DNA of 64,000 nucleotides from positions 416,001-480,000 of the forward strand of contig CAVWVQ010000003.1 of assembly GCA_963758525.1 (NCBI GenBank). The letters are read 5' to 3'. The first letter of the stretch is position 1, and each line of letters begins with the position of its first letter. Positions 31,710-45,236 of the stretch are shown in pieces. The position numbers and the translations under genes are program-made. The notes beneath the pieces were generated by a model. The model did not search any database and was not told where the DNA came from. It saw only the letters and a program-made list of their open reading frames with translations. The stretch comes from an uncultured Phycisphaerales bacterium. GTDB lineage: Bacteria; Planctomycetota; Phycisphaerae; Tepidisphaerales; Tepidisphaeraceae.

Positions 31710-33975
31710 TCAACTCCGCGCGCATTCGCTTCGCCAGGCATTGCGGAAGAGTGCTTCCAGGTCGGCGGTGAAACGCGCTGCATCCATCAGCGGGGACTGT
31801 TCCATACGCCGCCGTAACGACTGGCGCAAGGTCCGCAATCTCGGGAGATCGGCGGCCAGATTCAATCCGATCTGCACGAAATGCTGGGGGGAACCGGCAA
31901 TCAGATCCGTCAGATTGAGGTTTGACAGTTGGCTTACCCCCGCACGCGAGACGGGAGACGTGCCGGCGATCGTCAGCAATGGCACGCCCATCCACAAAGC
32001 ATCGAGACTCGTCGTGTGCCCGTTGTAGGGGAAGGTGTCGAGGGCGATGTCGACGTGGCGGTACAGACTGAGGTAGTCGATGCGCGGCAACATCTGGTGA
32101 AACTCGACGCGTTGTGAATCGACGCCGTTCTTCCCAAGCGACTCAGTCACCCACCGACGAGCCGATCCTTCGGGAGCGACGAGCCGGAGTCGTGACGATG
32201 GCATTGCACGCAGCAGATCGCCCCAGAGCGAGAGCGTCCCAGCATTCAATTTGCAGAAGTTGTTGAGACAGCCGAACGCGATATAGCCGTTCCGGTCGGC
32301 GGGAAGATCGTTGACGGGAAGATCGATCCCCATCGGATCGTAACACCAGAAGGTGTGCGGCAGCCGGATCGACTTCTCCGAAGAGAACTCGTCGGCGCAT
32401 GCGTCAGGCGGATCGAGATACGGATCGCTGATGCGATAGTCGATCGTCTCCAGGCCAGTCGTTCCCGGATATCCAGCCCAGGTCATCTGTACCGGAGCGG
32501 GCTTGCGCAAAGATCAGCAGGCGGTTGTGCGTGAGATGCAGCGCGAGGTCGACGAGGATGTCGATGCCGTCGCTGCGAACCATTGCCGCGGCCTCTGCGT
32601 CCGACACATGAGTGATGTCCCGCCAGCGGGAGGCGCTTTCTACAAAGCGTTCGGTGAACGAGTCGGGTCGCTGCACGTTGGAATAACAGAAGATCTCAAA
32701 CCCGCTCGTGTCATGGTGCGTCAGCACGGGAAGCAGGTTTCGGCCCACGACATGATCGCGAAAGTCCGGTGAAACATAAGCGATGCGAAGCGGACGGTCC
32801 GGAGATCGATCGTTGAGGTGCGGCCGAATCTCGCCTGCCAAAGGCTGGGCATGACGCCGGTTCCATCGCCGCAACTCGGCGAGCGAATGCCGGCAGTCGA
32901 TCGACGGATCAAAGAGTTGCGCATAGACGAGATTGTCGTGCGCTTCGCGGTAATCCGGCTGAATCGCAAGCGCCTGTGCGTACGCCTGCATCGCATCATC
33001 GAGCCGGCCAATGTCTTTGAGCGCGGAGCCGAGATTGTTGGCGGCGGCGGCGAACTTGGGTTCAATCTCCAGCGCCTCGCGAAATCGAGTGATGGCGTCG
33101 TCGGGTTGCGAAGCGGAGTGCAGCGCGCAGCCAAGATCAAATCGCGCAACCGGCGAATTCGGATTGATGGCGATGGCGCGCACGTAGTGCTTGCTCGCGT
33201 CTAGCGGGGCTCCAGCTTTCATCTGCGCGTTGCCCAGGCGGAGCAACGCGTCGAAGTCGTCGGGATGCATCGAAACGAACCGGAGGTGAATATCAATTGC
33301 CTCGGGAAGTTGCCCGATCTCTTCCAACGCGTCGGCAAGCCGCGCCAGCACCTCCGAATGCGCGGGCTCAGTCCTGAGCGCCTGGCGGTAGAACTGGATT
33401 GCCTCCGCGATTGCTCCGGATTCGCAGAGGCAATTGCCGAGGTTATTGAGCGCTTCGACGTGATCAGGCCGCAGAGAGAGCACGCGACGATACGATGCGA
33501 TCGCGTCCTCGCGACGAGATCGGGCGTGATACGCGTTGCCAAGGTTGTTGTGCGCGCCAGCGAGATTCGGATCGAGACCAATCGCGGTTTGCAGGGCCTC
33601 GATGGCTTCGTCGAGTCTTCCATCCGCTCGGAGAGCCGCGCCCAGGCGATTGTGAAACTCCGCGCGGGTTGGCGCCAGGGCCAGCGCCTGGCGATAACAT
33701 TTGATCGCGTGATCGAGTTCGCCGCGCGCCTGCAGGACCAGCCCGAGATTGGCATATGCCTCGGGCGCATCTGGCTGCAGCGCGATCGACCGGGCGAGCA
33801 ATTCGCGGGCCGCTTCATTCTTGCCGGTCTGATGGGCGAGCACGCCGAGCATGTGCAGCGCGTCGGCGTGATGCGGATTTGCCGTAAGAATCTGGCGGTA
33901 GAGCATCTCGGCCTGCGGAAGCCGGCCTTGATTGTGGTTGCGGAGAGCGGCTTGGAGCGTCTCGGTGGGGTTCAC
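31710..33975 (-). CDS. TPR-containing SPINDLY/OGT-type glycosyltransferase (GT41); frameshift near 32505
   Basis: About 10 TPRs, RIAYVSPDFRDHVV, DILVDL, KPAPVQ..GYPGTTG, NNFCK, LDTFPYNGHTTSLDALWMGVP. Confidence 0.92.
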
Positions 33976-34715
33976 GTGGAACGTCCGCTTTCTCTGCGCA
34001 GTTGCCGGGCCACATCCGCAAGGTGCTGATGCGCGAGTTCGCAGCCATAATCAACCGCGATGGTTTCGCGAAACAGCCGCATCTTTTCCAACGGATCGGT
34101 TTCGTTCTCCGCGCGGGCGAGAAATGGCGCGTGAAGCCGTTCCCAGAGAGCCATGGTCTGGGCGTAGGTTTCCACCGACCCCGCCCTTCTCCCAGCCGGA
34201 AGTTCCTCCGGCCGGAGTATCAGGGAGTTCTCCGGGAGCCTGCCTCGGAGATCTTCAAGCGTACGCGGGAGCGGCGCTGGGATCGGGTCATGTTCCCTCG
34301 GGACGATCACAACGATCCGCGCGTCTTCGACAGGATAGACAGCCGCCAGAAATGATTCGAGGTATAGCTTCTCATTGATTGCCCGGGCGCACACCCGCAG
34401 TGCCGGCACGGTCGTGCCCCAACCCGCGACCAGAAGCTGGCCCTGGGAAATTTCATCCGCGGCCCGCAAGTAAAAAGCGTCAGAATCAGATCGCGCCACA
34501 AGATCCAGGCATACTGTCCCCTCGCCACATCGCTGGCGGCGCTGACGGCGCGTTTCCTGCAAGGGCAGATACAGCCGCGAAAGAACATCCCACGCCCGCC
34601 CTTCCCAGGCCGCCGCCTCGGCGCCGGCCAACACCCGCTCCGCTTCCAGGTATTGCATCTCCATCAGGAGACGCTGGCCAAGCTCGCACTGCTCCTCGAT
34701 TTCCGCGAAGGACAT
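33972..34715 (-). CDS. Hypothetical helical protein coupled to the GT41 gene
   Basis: 247 aa ORF whose stop overlaps the GT41 GTG start (GTGA). Confidence 0.75.
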   Translation of the reverse strand: MSFAEIEEQCELGQRLLMEMQYLEAERVLAGAEAAAWEGRAWDVLSRLYLPLQETRRQRRQRCGEGTVCLDLVARSDSDAFYLRAADEISQGQLLVAGWGTTVPALRVCARAINEKLYLESFLAAVYPVEDARIVVIVPREHDPIPAPLPRTLEDLRGRLPENSLILRPEELPAGRRAGSVETYAQTMALWERLHAPFLARAENETDPLEKMRLFRETIAVDYGCELAHQHLADVARQLRRESGRST

Positions 34716-34734
34716 GCGATCAGGTTACGCACAA

Positions 34735-35015
34735 GGATTGGGATTGGAAATGGGTTCAGGGTTCAGGGTTCAGGGTTCAGGGTTCAGGAAGAATCGTATT
34801 TCGCTGAACCCGGAACAGGAACACTCTTTACACTGCGCTCGTCGAACGGTTGAAGGTTTCAGGGAGGATCGTATTTCGCTGAACCCTGACACCCTGAACC
34901 CTCCCATGCTGACGCCCTGAACCCGAACACCCTTACGCTGCGCTCGTCGACCGATTCAAGCGTTCGGCGAGAATCGCATTTCGCCGAACCCTGAACCCTG
35001 ACACCCTGAACCCTG
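34735..35015. repeat. Composite repeat: (GGGTTCA)5, CCCTGAA units and three copies of one hairpin
   Basis: Heptamers at 34752-34786; GAATCGTATTTCGCTGAACCC-like cores at 34791, 34866 and 34971; duplicated CTGCGCTCGTCGA linker. Confidence 0.88.
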
Positions 35016-35023
35016 CCGCCCTC

Positions 35024-35623
35024 TCATGCTGCGATCGTCGACCGGACGGCATCGAGCGCGGCGATCCAGCGCAAGGTGGAACGGCTCATCTCGTAGGTGA
35101 GCGTGTCGCTGAGCGTGACGAAGTCACGCATTTCTAGCGAAGATCGAATTTCGCGAAGCTGACCGGCAAATTCGGCGACGAAATCGTGGAGGGAGCATTC
35201 TTCGACGCGGACCTTTGCCAGATCGACACGAAGCAATTGGGCGGTTTTCCGCACGGATTCCTGAGCATGTTGCCAGGTGCTGAAGCAGCCGCTGAGGCGC
35301 TGCATCGCCCCCATCGGATTGTTGCGGCCCAGAAGCTCGACGGCTTCGGTCTTGAGCCGCTCGGCTTCGAGGAGTTGCTGTTCGACTTCATACAGCACGT
35401 CGAGGGCCATTTGCCTGGGCTCGACGGTTTCGATGTAGACGGTGTGACCGAGCAGCAGGGATTTGCGAACGCCGTCCACCTTGCTGAGGTCGGGTTCCAG
35501 GCCGTCGATGAGGAGATTCACGACCAGCCGGTTTTCCCGCTGGACATGGGTGAGCACCTCGCCCACCGTGTGCAGGCCAAGTTGTTCAGCGGCCAACTGT
35601 TCACGATCGACGGTAACAGACAT
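35024..35623 (-). CDS. Hypothetical protein
   Basis: 199 aa with GGAGG upstream; helical C-terminus RDFVTLSDTLTYE. Confidence 0.75.
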   Translation of the reverse strand: MSVTVDREQLAAEQLGLHTVGEVLTHVQRENRLVVNLLIDGLEPDLSKVDGVRKSLLLGHTVYIETVEPRQMALDVLYEVEQQLLEAERLKTEAVELLGRNNPMGAMQRLSGCFSTWQHAQESVRKTAQLLRVDLAKVRVEECSLHDFVAEFAGQLREIRSSLEMRDFVTLSDTLTYEMSRSTLRWIAALDAVRSTIAA

Positions 35624-35694
35624 AGCGGAACCTCCCGGTGGTCTGAATAGTTATCGGTCGTTGGCGCCCGGAAGCTTGAGAAGGTCCGATAAGG

Positions 35695-35826
35695 GATTTG
35701 AAATCTGAGATATCTCTGAGATCCGAGATGTGATCTGAAATTTGAGATCTGAGATTTCAGATCTGAAATTTGAGCAAGGTGCGAGGCAGAGACCTTCTGA
35801 TCTCAAATTTCAAATCTGAAATTTGC
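35695..35826. repeat. AT-rich 7-nt-period inverted array
   Basis: ATCTGAG/ATCTGAA/ATTTGAG units, followed by the inverted ATCTCAAATTTCAAATC. Confidence 0.8.
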
Positions 35827-35834
35827 AAACCCGG

Positions 35835-36651
35835 CTACGTCCGCCCATTTGCTGGCAGGAAAATCGAAAACGTAGTCCCCTTGCCGATCTCCGACTCTAC
35901 TTCGATCCGTCCGCGATGCCCCTCGACGATCTCTTTGCAGATCGCCAGGCCCAACCCCGTCCCCTTCGCTTCTCCGCGCCGGGCGGTGCTCTTGGTGGTG
36001 AAAAACGGCTCGAAAATCCGCGACACCAGCTTCGGCGGAATGCCCGGGCCGGTGTCACTGACCTGCAGGCAGATTTCGCCGGCTCCCGTCGTGTTAGCCC
36101 GAATAATGATCGCCCCCCCGCGGCCGAGCATCGCCTGGCGGGCATTAATCAGCAGGTTCAGCAACACCTGCTCGAGTTGGATCGCATCGCCATATACCGC
36201 CAGGTCGGGCTGAACCTGCACGCGCAGCGCAATGCCGTCTTTCTGCGGGTCCCGCGCGAGCACGGCCAGGGTCTCCTCGACCAACTGCTGCACGCTCACT
36301 TGCGCCGGCGACGACTCGCCCCGCGCAAGACCCAGCATCGAGGAACAAATCCGGCCGGCCTTGGTGGCGCTGCTAAATGCCTTGCCCAGTGCCTTGCAGA
36401 TCAATTCCATGTCCGGGTTCTGACTCTGCGCTGGTGAGGGCAAATTGCGAATAGCTGACGATCGGCGTCAATAGATTGTTGAATTCGTGAGCGATGACGG
36501 CACTGATCGTGCCGATCGTGGCCAGACGCTGTGATTCGGTCAGTTGCTCGTGCAGGGAATCCAACTGGATTTGCATCTGCCCGATCTGATCGATAACCAC
36601 GTTGCTGGACGAGTCTGTGGAGGGACTGGGATCGCTCACCGTAACGAACAT
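35835..36651 (-). CDS. Histidine kinase without an evident sensor domain; frameshift near 36425
   Basis: IAHEFNNLL H-box in 36373..36807; NLLINA, DTGPGI, FEPFFTTK, GTGLGL in 35835..36443. Confidence 0.88.
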
Positions 36652-36776
36652 ATCGGCGAGCGGGATGAACCGGCTTGACGATGCTTCGGCCAGGGCGGTG
36701 GCGGGGACTATCGGACCTGCATCAATTCGCGGCCGCTCAAGATTGCACGCGGCATCGTGTTCCCCTTCAAAGACAC

Positions 36777-36922
36777 GGCGGGATAAATCCCGCCCTACAA
36801 AATGCAACGCGTTTGTACGGTGTCGGGCGGGATCCGTGCTGCCCAGCCTGCATTCCGCACTGGCGCTCGATACGTTCGAATCATTCCGTTTCCAGCATAT
36901 CCGGCGGATTCATCCCGCCGAC
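36777..36922. repeat. REP family A copies, one intact and two degenerate
   Basis: GGCGGGATAAATCCCGCCCTAC at 36777; partial copies near 36822 and 36903. Confidence 0.75.
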
Positions 36923-38021
36923 TGCTCCGCTGCCTTGAGCAACTCGCCGGCGGCATATCGGATTTGCTCTTCGGTCAGTTCCGGATAGATCGGCATCGCG
37001 ATCACCTCCCGGCAGGCCCGCTCGGTTTCCGGCAGATCGCCTTCGCGGCAGCCCAGGTAGGCGAAGCATTCCTGCTGGTGCAAGGGGAGAGGATAGTAGA
37101 TGGCGCTGCCGACGTTCCGCTCCGTCAGACGCGCGCGAATGGTGTCGCGATTCTTCACGCGGACGACATACTGGTTGTAGATGCTGTAATTTCCCGGCTC
37201 GATCAGGGGCGCGACGACGGCGCTGCCGGCCAGGAGGCTGTCGTACAGCGCGGCATTCCTGCGGCGGGCTTCGTGCCAGCGGTTGAGATACTTGAGCTTG
37301 ACATCGAGCACGGCGGCCTGAATCGCGGCGAGACGGAACATGCCGCCGATCATCTTGTGGTGATACTGATGTCCGGAGCCGTGCACGCGCAGCAGCCGGC
37401 AGTTTTCGGCAAGTTCATCATCGCTGGTGCAGATGGCGCCGGCGTCGCCGAATGCGCCTAGATTCTTCGTCGGGTAGAAGCTGAGACATCCCGCCAGGCT
37501 CATTGAGCAGGCGGGTTTGCCGTTGCGCTGGCGCCGATAGCCTGGGCCGCGTCTTCGATCACCTTGACCCCATGCCGCTCGGCGATCGCATTGATCGCCT
37601 CCATGTTGGCGGTTTGGCCGAACAGGTGGACGGGGATGATGGCGCGCGTCTTCGGCGTAATTTTCGCTTCGAGGAGGCTCGAATCCAGATTGAATGTGCG
37701 CGGATCGATCTCCGCGAAAACGGGGATCGCGCCCAGCCGCGCGATGCAGCCGGCGGTGGCAAAAAACGTGAACGACGGACAGATCACCTCATCGCCGGGC
37801 TTGATGCCAATTGCCATCATCGCGCAAAGCAGCGCGTCGGTTCCGCTGCTGACGCCGATGGCGTGCTTCGTCTGGCAGTAAGCCGCCAGATTTCGTTCGA
37901 ACCGCTCAACGTGCGGCCCGAGCACCAGCGACTGGGCATCGCACACTTCATCAATGGCCCGGCGAATCTCGTTGCGGAGAGGGAGATATTGCCCCTGAAG
38001 ATCGAGCAGCTTGACTTGCAT
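36910..38021 (-). CDS. DegT/DnrJ/EryC1/StrS family aminotransferase; frameshift near 37525
   Basis: SGTDAL, TFFATA, VHLFGQ, EDAAQAIG, SFYPTKNLGAFGDAG, YYPLPLH. Confidence 0.93.
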
Positions 38022-38200
38022 GATGATTAGGCGATCCGTTAGAGATGAACGATGGTCTGCATTTATTTCCTCGCCGCCGGCAGATGAGGCAACAAGCATC
38101 CATCTACCCGCCTGTGGGATGCAGGTCAATGATGACACGATGCCCGCTGACACGATGCCCGCAGTTGCCTCGAGCTCGACCGACGATACGATTCGCGGCG

Positions 38201-39088
38201 ATGGCTCACACGCGAACCGGAAGATTCCCGATCGGCTTTCGTCCCCGCGGCGCGGCCTGGGCGAGCGATCTCGATGGCGTCATTCGCTTTGCGCTTGCAA
38301 ACGGATTTGAGGGCATCGACGCCACGAATCCGGATGAGGGAGATCTGAGGCGAATTCGCGACGCGGGACTTCGCATCGGATCGGCAGACCTGAAGCAGCC
38401 GTGGCCCGATCTGGCGTCCCCTTCGCGGGAGCTTCGGGAGGCTGCCGCGAAAATGAATGCCGATTGGATTTCGCAAGCGGTTGCCGTCGGGGTGACGAAC
38501 TTCTTCGCCGTGATGATCCCGGCAGAGCACGATGGCGCGCGGAGCGAGAACTTTGCATTTGCCGTCGACGGCTACGCTCGCCTGGCCCGCGCGATCGAAC
38601 CTTTGGGGGCCAAGGTGGTTCTGGAGGGCTGGCCGGGCCGGGCCCCGCAATACAGCTCGCTAGCATGCACGCCCGCGGAATTACGGACTCTGTTCAAGGC
38701 CATCGATTCAAACGCCATCGGAATCAATTTCGATCCGTCGCATCTGGTGCGCATGGGGATCGATCCAATGCGATTCCTCGATGAGTTCGCTTCCCGCGTA
38801 TTTCACGTACATGCAAAGGACACTCTGTTCCTCGAAGAGGAGTTGTACGAGCTCGGAAATCTTCAGCCGGCGACCTTCACCAAGCCGCATGTGTTTGGCG
38901 GCCATCACTGGCGGTACACGATTCCCGGACGAGGGGTGGTGCCGTGGACGCGGCTTTTCTCGCGACTGGAACGGGCAGGATATCGCGGGCTGGTCAGCGT
39001 GGAATTGGAAGATGAGGACTTCCACGGATCCGAGTCGGCCGAACAAAGCGGACTGATCGCATCCCGCGATTTTCTGGTTGGCGTTTGA
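38201..39088 (+). CDS. Sugar phosphate isomerase/epimerase (AP endonuclease 2 TIM barrel)
   Basis: LEGWPG, FDPSH, HVHAKD, PGRG, SVELE. Confidence 0.87.
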   Translation: MAHTRTGRFPIGFRPRGAAWASDLDGVIRFALANGFEGIDATNPDEGDLRRIRDAGLRIGSADLKQPWPDLASPSRELREAAAKMNADWISQAVAVGVTNFFAVMIPAEHDGARSENFAFAVDGYARLARAIEPLGAKVVLEGWPGRAPQYSSLACTPAELRTLFKAIDSNAIGINFDPSHLVRMGIDPMRFLDEFASRVFHVHAKDTLFLEEELYELGNLQPATFTKPHVFGGHHWRYTIPGRGVVPWTRLFSRLERAGYRGLVSVELEDEDFHGSESAEQSGLIASRDFLVGV

Positions 39089-39158
39089 TATACCTCGCAC
39101 CCAACGGATACTCGCTTGATCCGGCCATCTAAGGCATAATGTCTGCCCGAGGTCTGCA

Positions 39159-40364
39159 ATGGATCGACACACCATTCTTGTCGTTGACGATGAGCCGGAT
39201 GTCGTCAAGAGCGTCAAGGATCTGCTGCGCCTGGATTACAAGGTGCTGGGCGCAACGCGCGCTTCGGAGGCAGTGGAAATTCTTCGCAAGCAGGAAGTGC
39301 ATCTGGTCATGACCGACCAGCGCATGCCGGAAATGACCGGCGTGCAATTTCTCAGCAAGGTGCGCGGCGATTATCCGGAAGCGATCCGGCTGCTCTTCAC
39401 CGGCTACGCGGACATCCGCGCGGTGATCGACGCGATCAATCAGGGGAATGTATACCGTTACATCACCAAGCCGTGGGACCCCGATGAGCTGCAGAGCGTC
39501 ATTCGCGAGGCATGCGAACGATACGATCTGCTTGTGGAGCGCAAGCGCCTGTTCGCATTGCTGCAGACCAAAAACCAGGAGCTGGAGACGGCCAACAATC
39601 AGCTTCGCACCGCCAATGAACTGAAGACCAACTTCATTCAGGTCGCCAGCCATGAGTTGCGCACGCCGTTGACCATCCTGCTGGGCCTCGCCGGGGTGGC
39701 TCAGCGTCCGACCACTCCGCCGCCGGAGCAGAAGCTGTGGCTGAAGAAGATCGAGCAGGCGGGGACGCGGCTGCAGCGGATCGTCGATCAACTGGTCTCC
39801 ATGCTGACCGCCAATCAGTTTGACCGGACACTGGAGCGCAAGCCGACCGATATTTCCTGCGTGCTGCGCGACGCGAGCGAAGACATCCGGCCGTTCATCG
39901 AATTGCGAAAGCAAACGCTCTCGCTGGACATTCCGGATCTGGGCGAGGTGTCGGTCGATGCCGGAAAGGTGCGGGACTGCGTCAACCATCTTTTGCTCAA
40001 CGCGATCAAGTTTACTCCCGATGGCGGGCGCATCACCCTGAGCGCCCGCGGCTCCGCCCGCGAAGGCGTCGAAGGTTTTGAAATCAACGTCAGCGACACC
40101 GGCGCCGGGATCGATCCGCAGGCACAGCCGCGGCTCTTCGAGCCCTTCTTCACCGGGTTTGACGTCTCACATCATTCGTCGGGCTATTTCGAGCATGGGA
40201 AAAAGGGGATCGGTTTGGGACTGTCGATCGTCCGGGCATTCGTTGACTTGCACGGAGGGACGATCCAGGTCAAAAGCGAGGTTGGGCACGGCAGCACGTT
40301 CACGCTCTGGCTTCCATCAGCGGCGCCGGTTGGCGCGCCGGCCTCGTCGGCTACGGGGAAGTGA
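39159..40364 (+). CDS. Hybrid receiver-histidine kinase
   Basis: REC (VVDD, TDQRMP, KPW), then ASHELRTPL, NAIKFT, DTGAGI, GLGL. Confidence 0.94.
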   Translation: MDRHTILVVDDEPDVVKSVKDLLRLDYKVLGATRASEAVEILRKQEVHLVMTDQRMPEMTGVQFLSKVRGDYPEAIRLLFTGYADIRAVIDAINQGNVYRYITKPWDPDELQSVIREACERYDLLVERKRLFALLQTKNQELETANNQLRTANELKTNFIQVASHELRTPLTILLGLAGVAQRPTTPPPEQKLWLKKIEQAGTRLQRIVDQLVSMLTANQFDRTLERKPTDISCVLRDASEDIRPFIELRKQTLSLDIPDLGEVSVDAGKVRDCVNHLLLNAIKFTPDGGRITLSARGSAREGVEGFEINVSDTGAGIDPQAQPRLFEPFFTGFDVSHHSSGYFEHGKKGIGLGLSIVRAFVDLHGGTIQVKSEVGHGSTFTLWLPSAAPVGAPASSATGK

Positions 40365-40367
40365 TTC

Positions 40368-42929
<2,562 letters not shown>

Positions 42930-42933
<4 letters not shown>

Positions 42934-43331
42934 GCGGGCGATCGCCCGGCTTCAATCCGATTTTGATATTTGCCGAGCGTGGCGATCAGCCGATCCGGGT
43001 CGAAGGGCTTGGTCAGATATTCGTCGGCTCCGCAGGAAAGTCCCTTTTGCCGGGAGGCATCGTCCGCGAGCGCCGTCAGCATGATCACGATAACCTTCTT
43101 GCCGCTCTGTTCGGCGCAAACGCGCCGGCAGATTTCGAATCCGTCCAGATCGGGGAGCATCACGTCGAGAATGACAACGTCAGGCTTGTGCGAACGGTAT
43201 TCGCGCAGGGCGGAATTTCCGTCCAGGGCGGAGCGATAATGGCAGCCGGATATTTCCACGTACGCGCCGACGAGGCGGTTGATCTCTGCGTCATCCTCAA
43301 CGACCAGCACATCCGCTTGCAACATATTCAT
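42930..43331 (-). CDS. Single-domain response regulator
   Basis: VVEDD, LDVMLP, MLTA, KPF. Confidence 0.92.
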
Positions 43332-43402
43332 GCTCCCAAACGTCTGCGGAAGTTATAATCGAATTCCGCAGGCAGGTCACCGTTCCGAATGAAGGAGAAC
43401 CG

Positions 43403-43876
43403 ATGCCACCGTGGAACCGGCCCGCACAGGCGCAGCTGTGGAGCGCAATCGAGATCTATCTTTCGCACGCCTACGGGGAGCCCCCGCCGCCCGCTGTCCG
43501 CGCGCGGCTCCAGACGCTGCGCGCCACCGTCGGCGAAGATCTGTTTGTCTCTCCCCTGTTCGAGCGCACTCACGACGGCGGCGCGATCATCCGCTACAGC
43601 CTGCGCCTGGGAAATCGCTTCTATCCGCACATGAAGCTGGCAATTGAGCGTGCGCCGGCGGGATCGCGTCATCTGTTCCGCGTTGATACCCACGACCGGC
43701 ACGTGAGACCCCCGGCCGGCTCGTCCGAGGAACAGGCCTTCGCGAATCTGCTGGCCAACAATCAAAGCAGCGCCGAAGCAATTGAGGCGGCCTGGGAACA
43801 CGCGGGGATACCCACGTTCAAGGCCTATCTCCGTGAGGATTTGGCCCGCCGCGGCGATACGCAGCAACACCATTGA
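43403..43876 (+). CDS. Hypothetical protein
   Basis: 157 aa with a strong AAGGAG RBS, upstream of aroA; no family recognised. Confidence 0.75.
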   Translation: MPPWNRPAQAQLWSAIEIYLSHAYGEPPPPAVRARLQTLRATVGEDLFVSPLFERTHDGGAIIRYSLRLGNRFYPHMKLAIERAPAGSRHLFRVDTHDRHVRPPAGSSEEQAFANLLANNQSSAEAIEAAWEHAGIPTFKAYLREDLARRGDTQQHH

Positions 43877-43924
43877 TCGTGCCGCATTTCACGCCCGCGC
43901 GTTTCGCCGTATTCTTCTCATCCG

Positions 43925-45226
43925 ATGAGCGATATTGCTGTCGAACCGATCGAAGGCGCGTTTGCGGTTTCGATCACGCCGCCGGGCTCCAAGAGTCTGA
44001 CCAACCGCGCGCTGGTTCTGGCCGCGCTTGCCGATGGTGAGTGCGAGCTGTCGAACGTGCTGTTTGCTGATGACACGCTGGTGATGCTCGAATGTCTCCA
44101 GATCCTCGGCTTCGCTCCCGCCATCGACCGTGAAGCTCGCCGGGTAAAGATCGTCGGGCGTCGCGGCGAGATTCCCGAATCATCCGCGCAACTGTTTTGT
44201 GGAAACAGCGGAACGACCATTCGCTTCCTTGCCGCGCTCTGCTCATTGGGGCGCGGCAGTTTCACGCTCGACGGAATCCCCCGCATGCGCGAACGCCCCA
44301 TCGGTGAACTCGTCGATCTGCTCCGCAGTCTTGGGACGCGCATCAACTACGCCGGGGCGACCGGATTCCCTCCGATCGCAGTCGCCGCTGACTCGCTGCC
44401 GGGCGGACTGGCGCGCTTTCACACCGCGCGGTCGTCGCAATATCTCTCCGCCGTCCTGCAAGTCGCCCCCTACGCACGGCATGAGGTGCGCATCGATCTC
44501 CTGGGCCCGCAGACGAGCTGGCCGTACGTCGCGATGACCATGCGGCTCATGGATGAATTCGGCCATACTCCCGAACTGGTCCGCGACCGCGACACCGGCG
44601 ATCCCAGGCAAATCATCATTCCCCGCGGCAACTACGCGGCAACGAGCTACGCCATCGAGCCTGACGCGAGCAACGCCACCTACTTTCTGGGCATCGCGGC
44701 CGTCCATCCCGGCGCAAAGGTGACGATTCCCGGTCTCGGCAAACACAGCCTCCAGGGAGATGTCGGATTCGCCAACGTGCTCGGGAAAATGGGAGCGGAG
44801 GTGCGGATCACCAGCGATTCCATTGAGCTGACCGGCCCCGCCCAACTGAAAGGAATCGACATCGATCTGGCCGCGATGCCCGACACCGCCCAGACGCTCG
44901 CGGTCGTTGCGCTGTTCGCGGAGGGAACGACGACCCTCCGCGGGCTTCATACACTGCGCGTCAAGGAAACCGATCGCATCGCGGCACTCGCAGCCGAACT
45001 TACAAAGCTCGGAGCGATGGTGCGCATTGAGGACGATGATCTGATCATCACCCCTCCGCGAGTCGTCACGCCCGCATCGATCGGAACGTACGACGATCAC
45101 CGCATGGCCATGGCCTTCGCCATAGCCGGCACCCGCATCCCGGGAATCACAATTCAAAACGCCGAATGCGTGAATAAAACCTACCCGGAATACTTCCTGG
45201 ATTTGGCACGTTGCTGCAGCCAATAG
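43925..45226 (+). CDS. aroA: 3-phosphoshikimate 1-carboxyvinyltransferase
   Basis: PGSKSLTNR, GNSGTTIRF, SSQYLS, RVKETDR, DHRMAM, KTYPEY. Confidence 0.97.
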   Translation: MSDIAVEPIEGAFAVSITPPGSKSLTNRALVLAALADGECELSNVLFADDTLVMLECLQILGFAPAIDREARRVKIVGRRGEIPESSAQLFCGNSGTTIRFLAALCSLGRGSFTLDGIPRMRERPIGELVDLLRSLGTRINYAGATGFPPIAVAADSLPGGLARFHTARSSQYLSAVLQVAPYARHEVRIDLLGPQTSWPYVAMTMRLMDEFGHTPELVRDRDTGDPRQIIIPRGNYAATSYAIEPDASNATYFLGIAAVHPGAKVTIPGLGKHSLQGDVGFANVLGKMGAEVRITSDSIELTGPAQLKGIDIDLAAMPDTAQTLAVVALFAEGTTTLRGLHTLRVKETDRIAALAAELTKLGAMVRIEDDDLIITPPRVVTPASIGTYDDHRMAMAFAIAGTRIPGITIQNAECVNKTYPEYFLDLARCCSQ

Positions 45227-45236
45227 CCGCCGCGGT

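Noticed and set aside
34735..35015. Hairpin repeats as a mini-CRISPR
   Set aside because: The linkers are homologous to each other and the repeats are degenerate.
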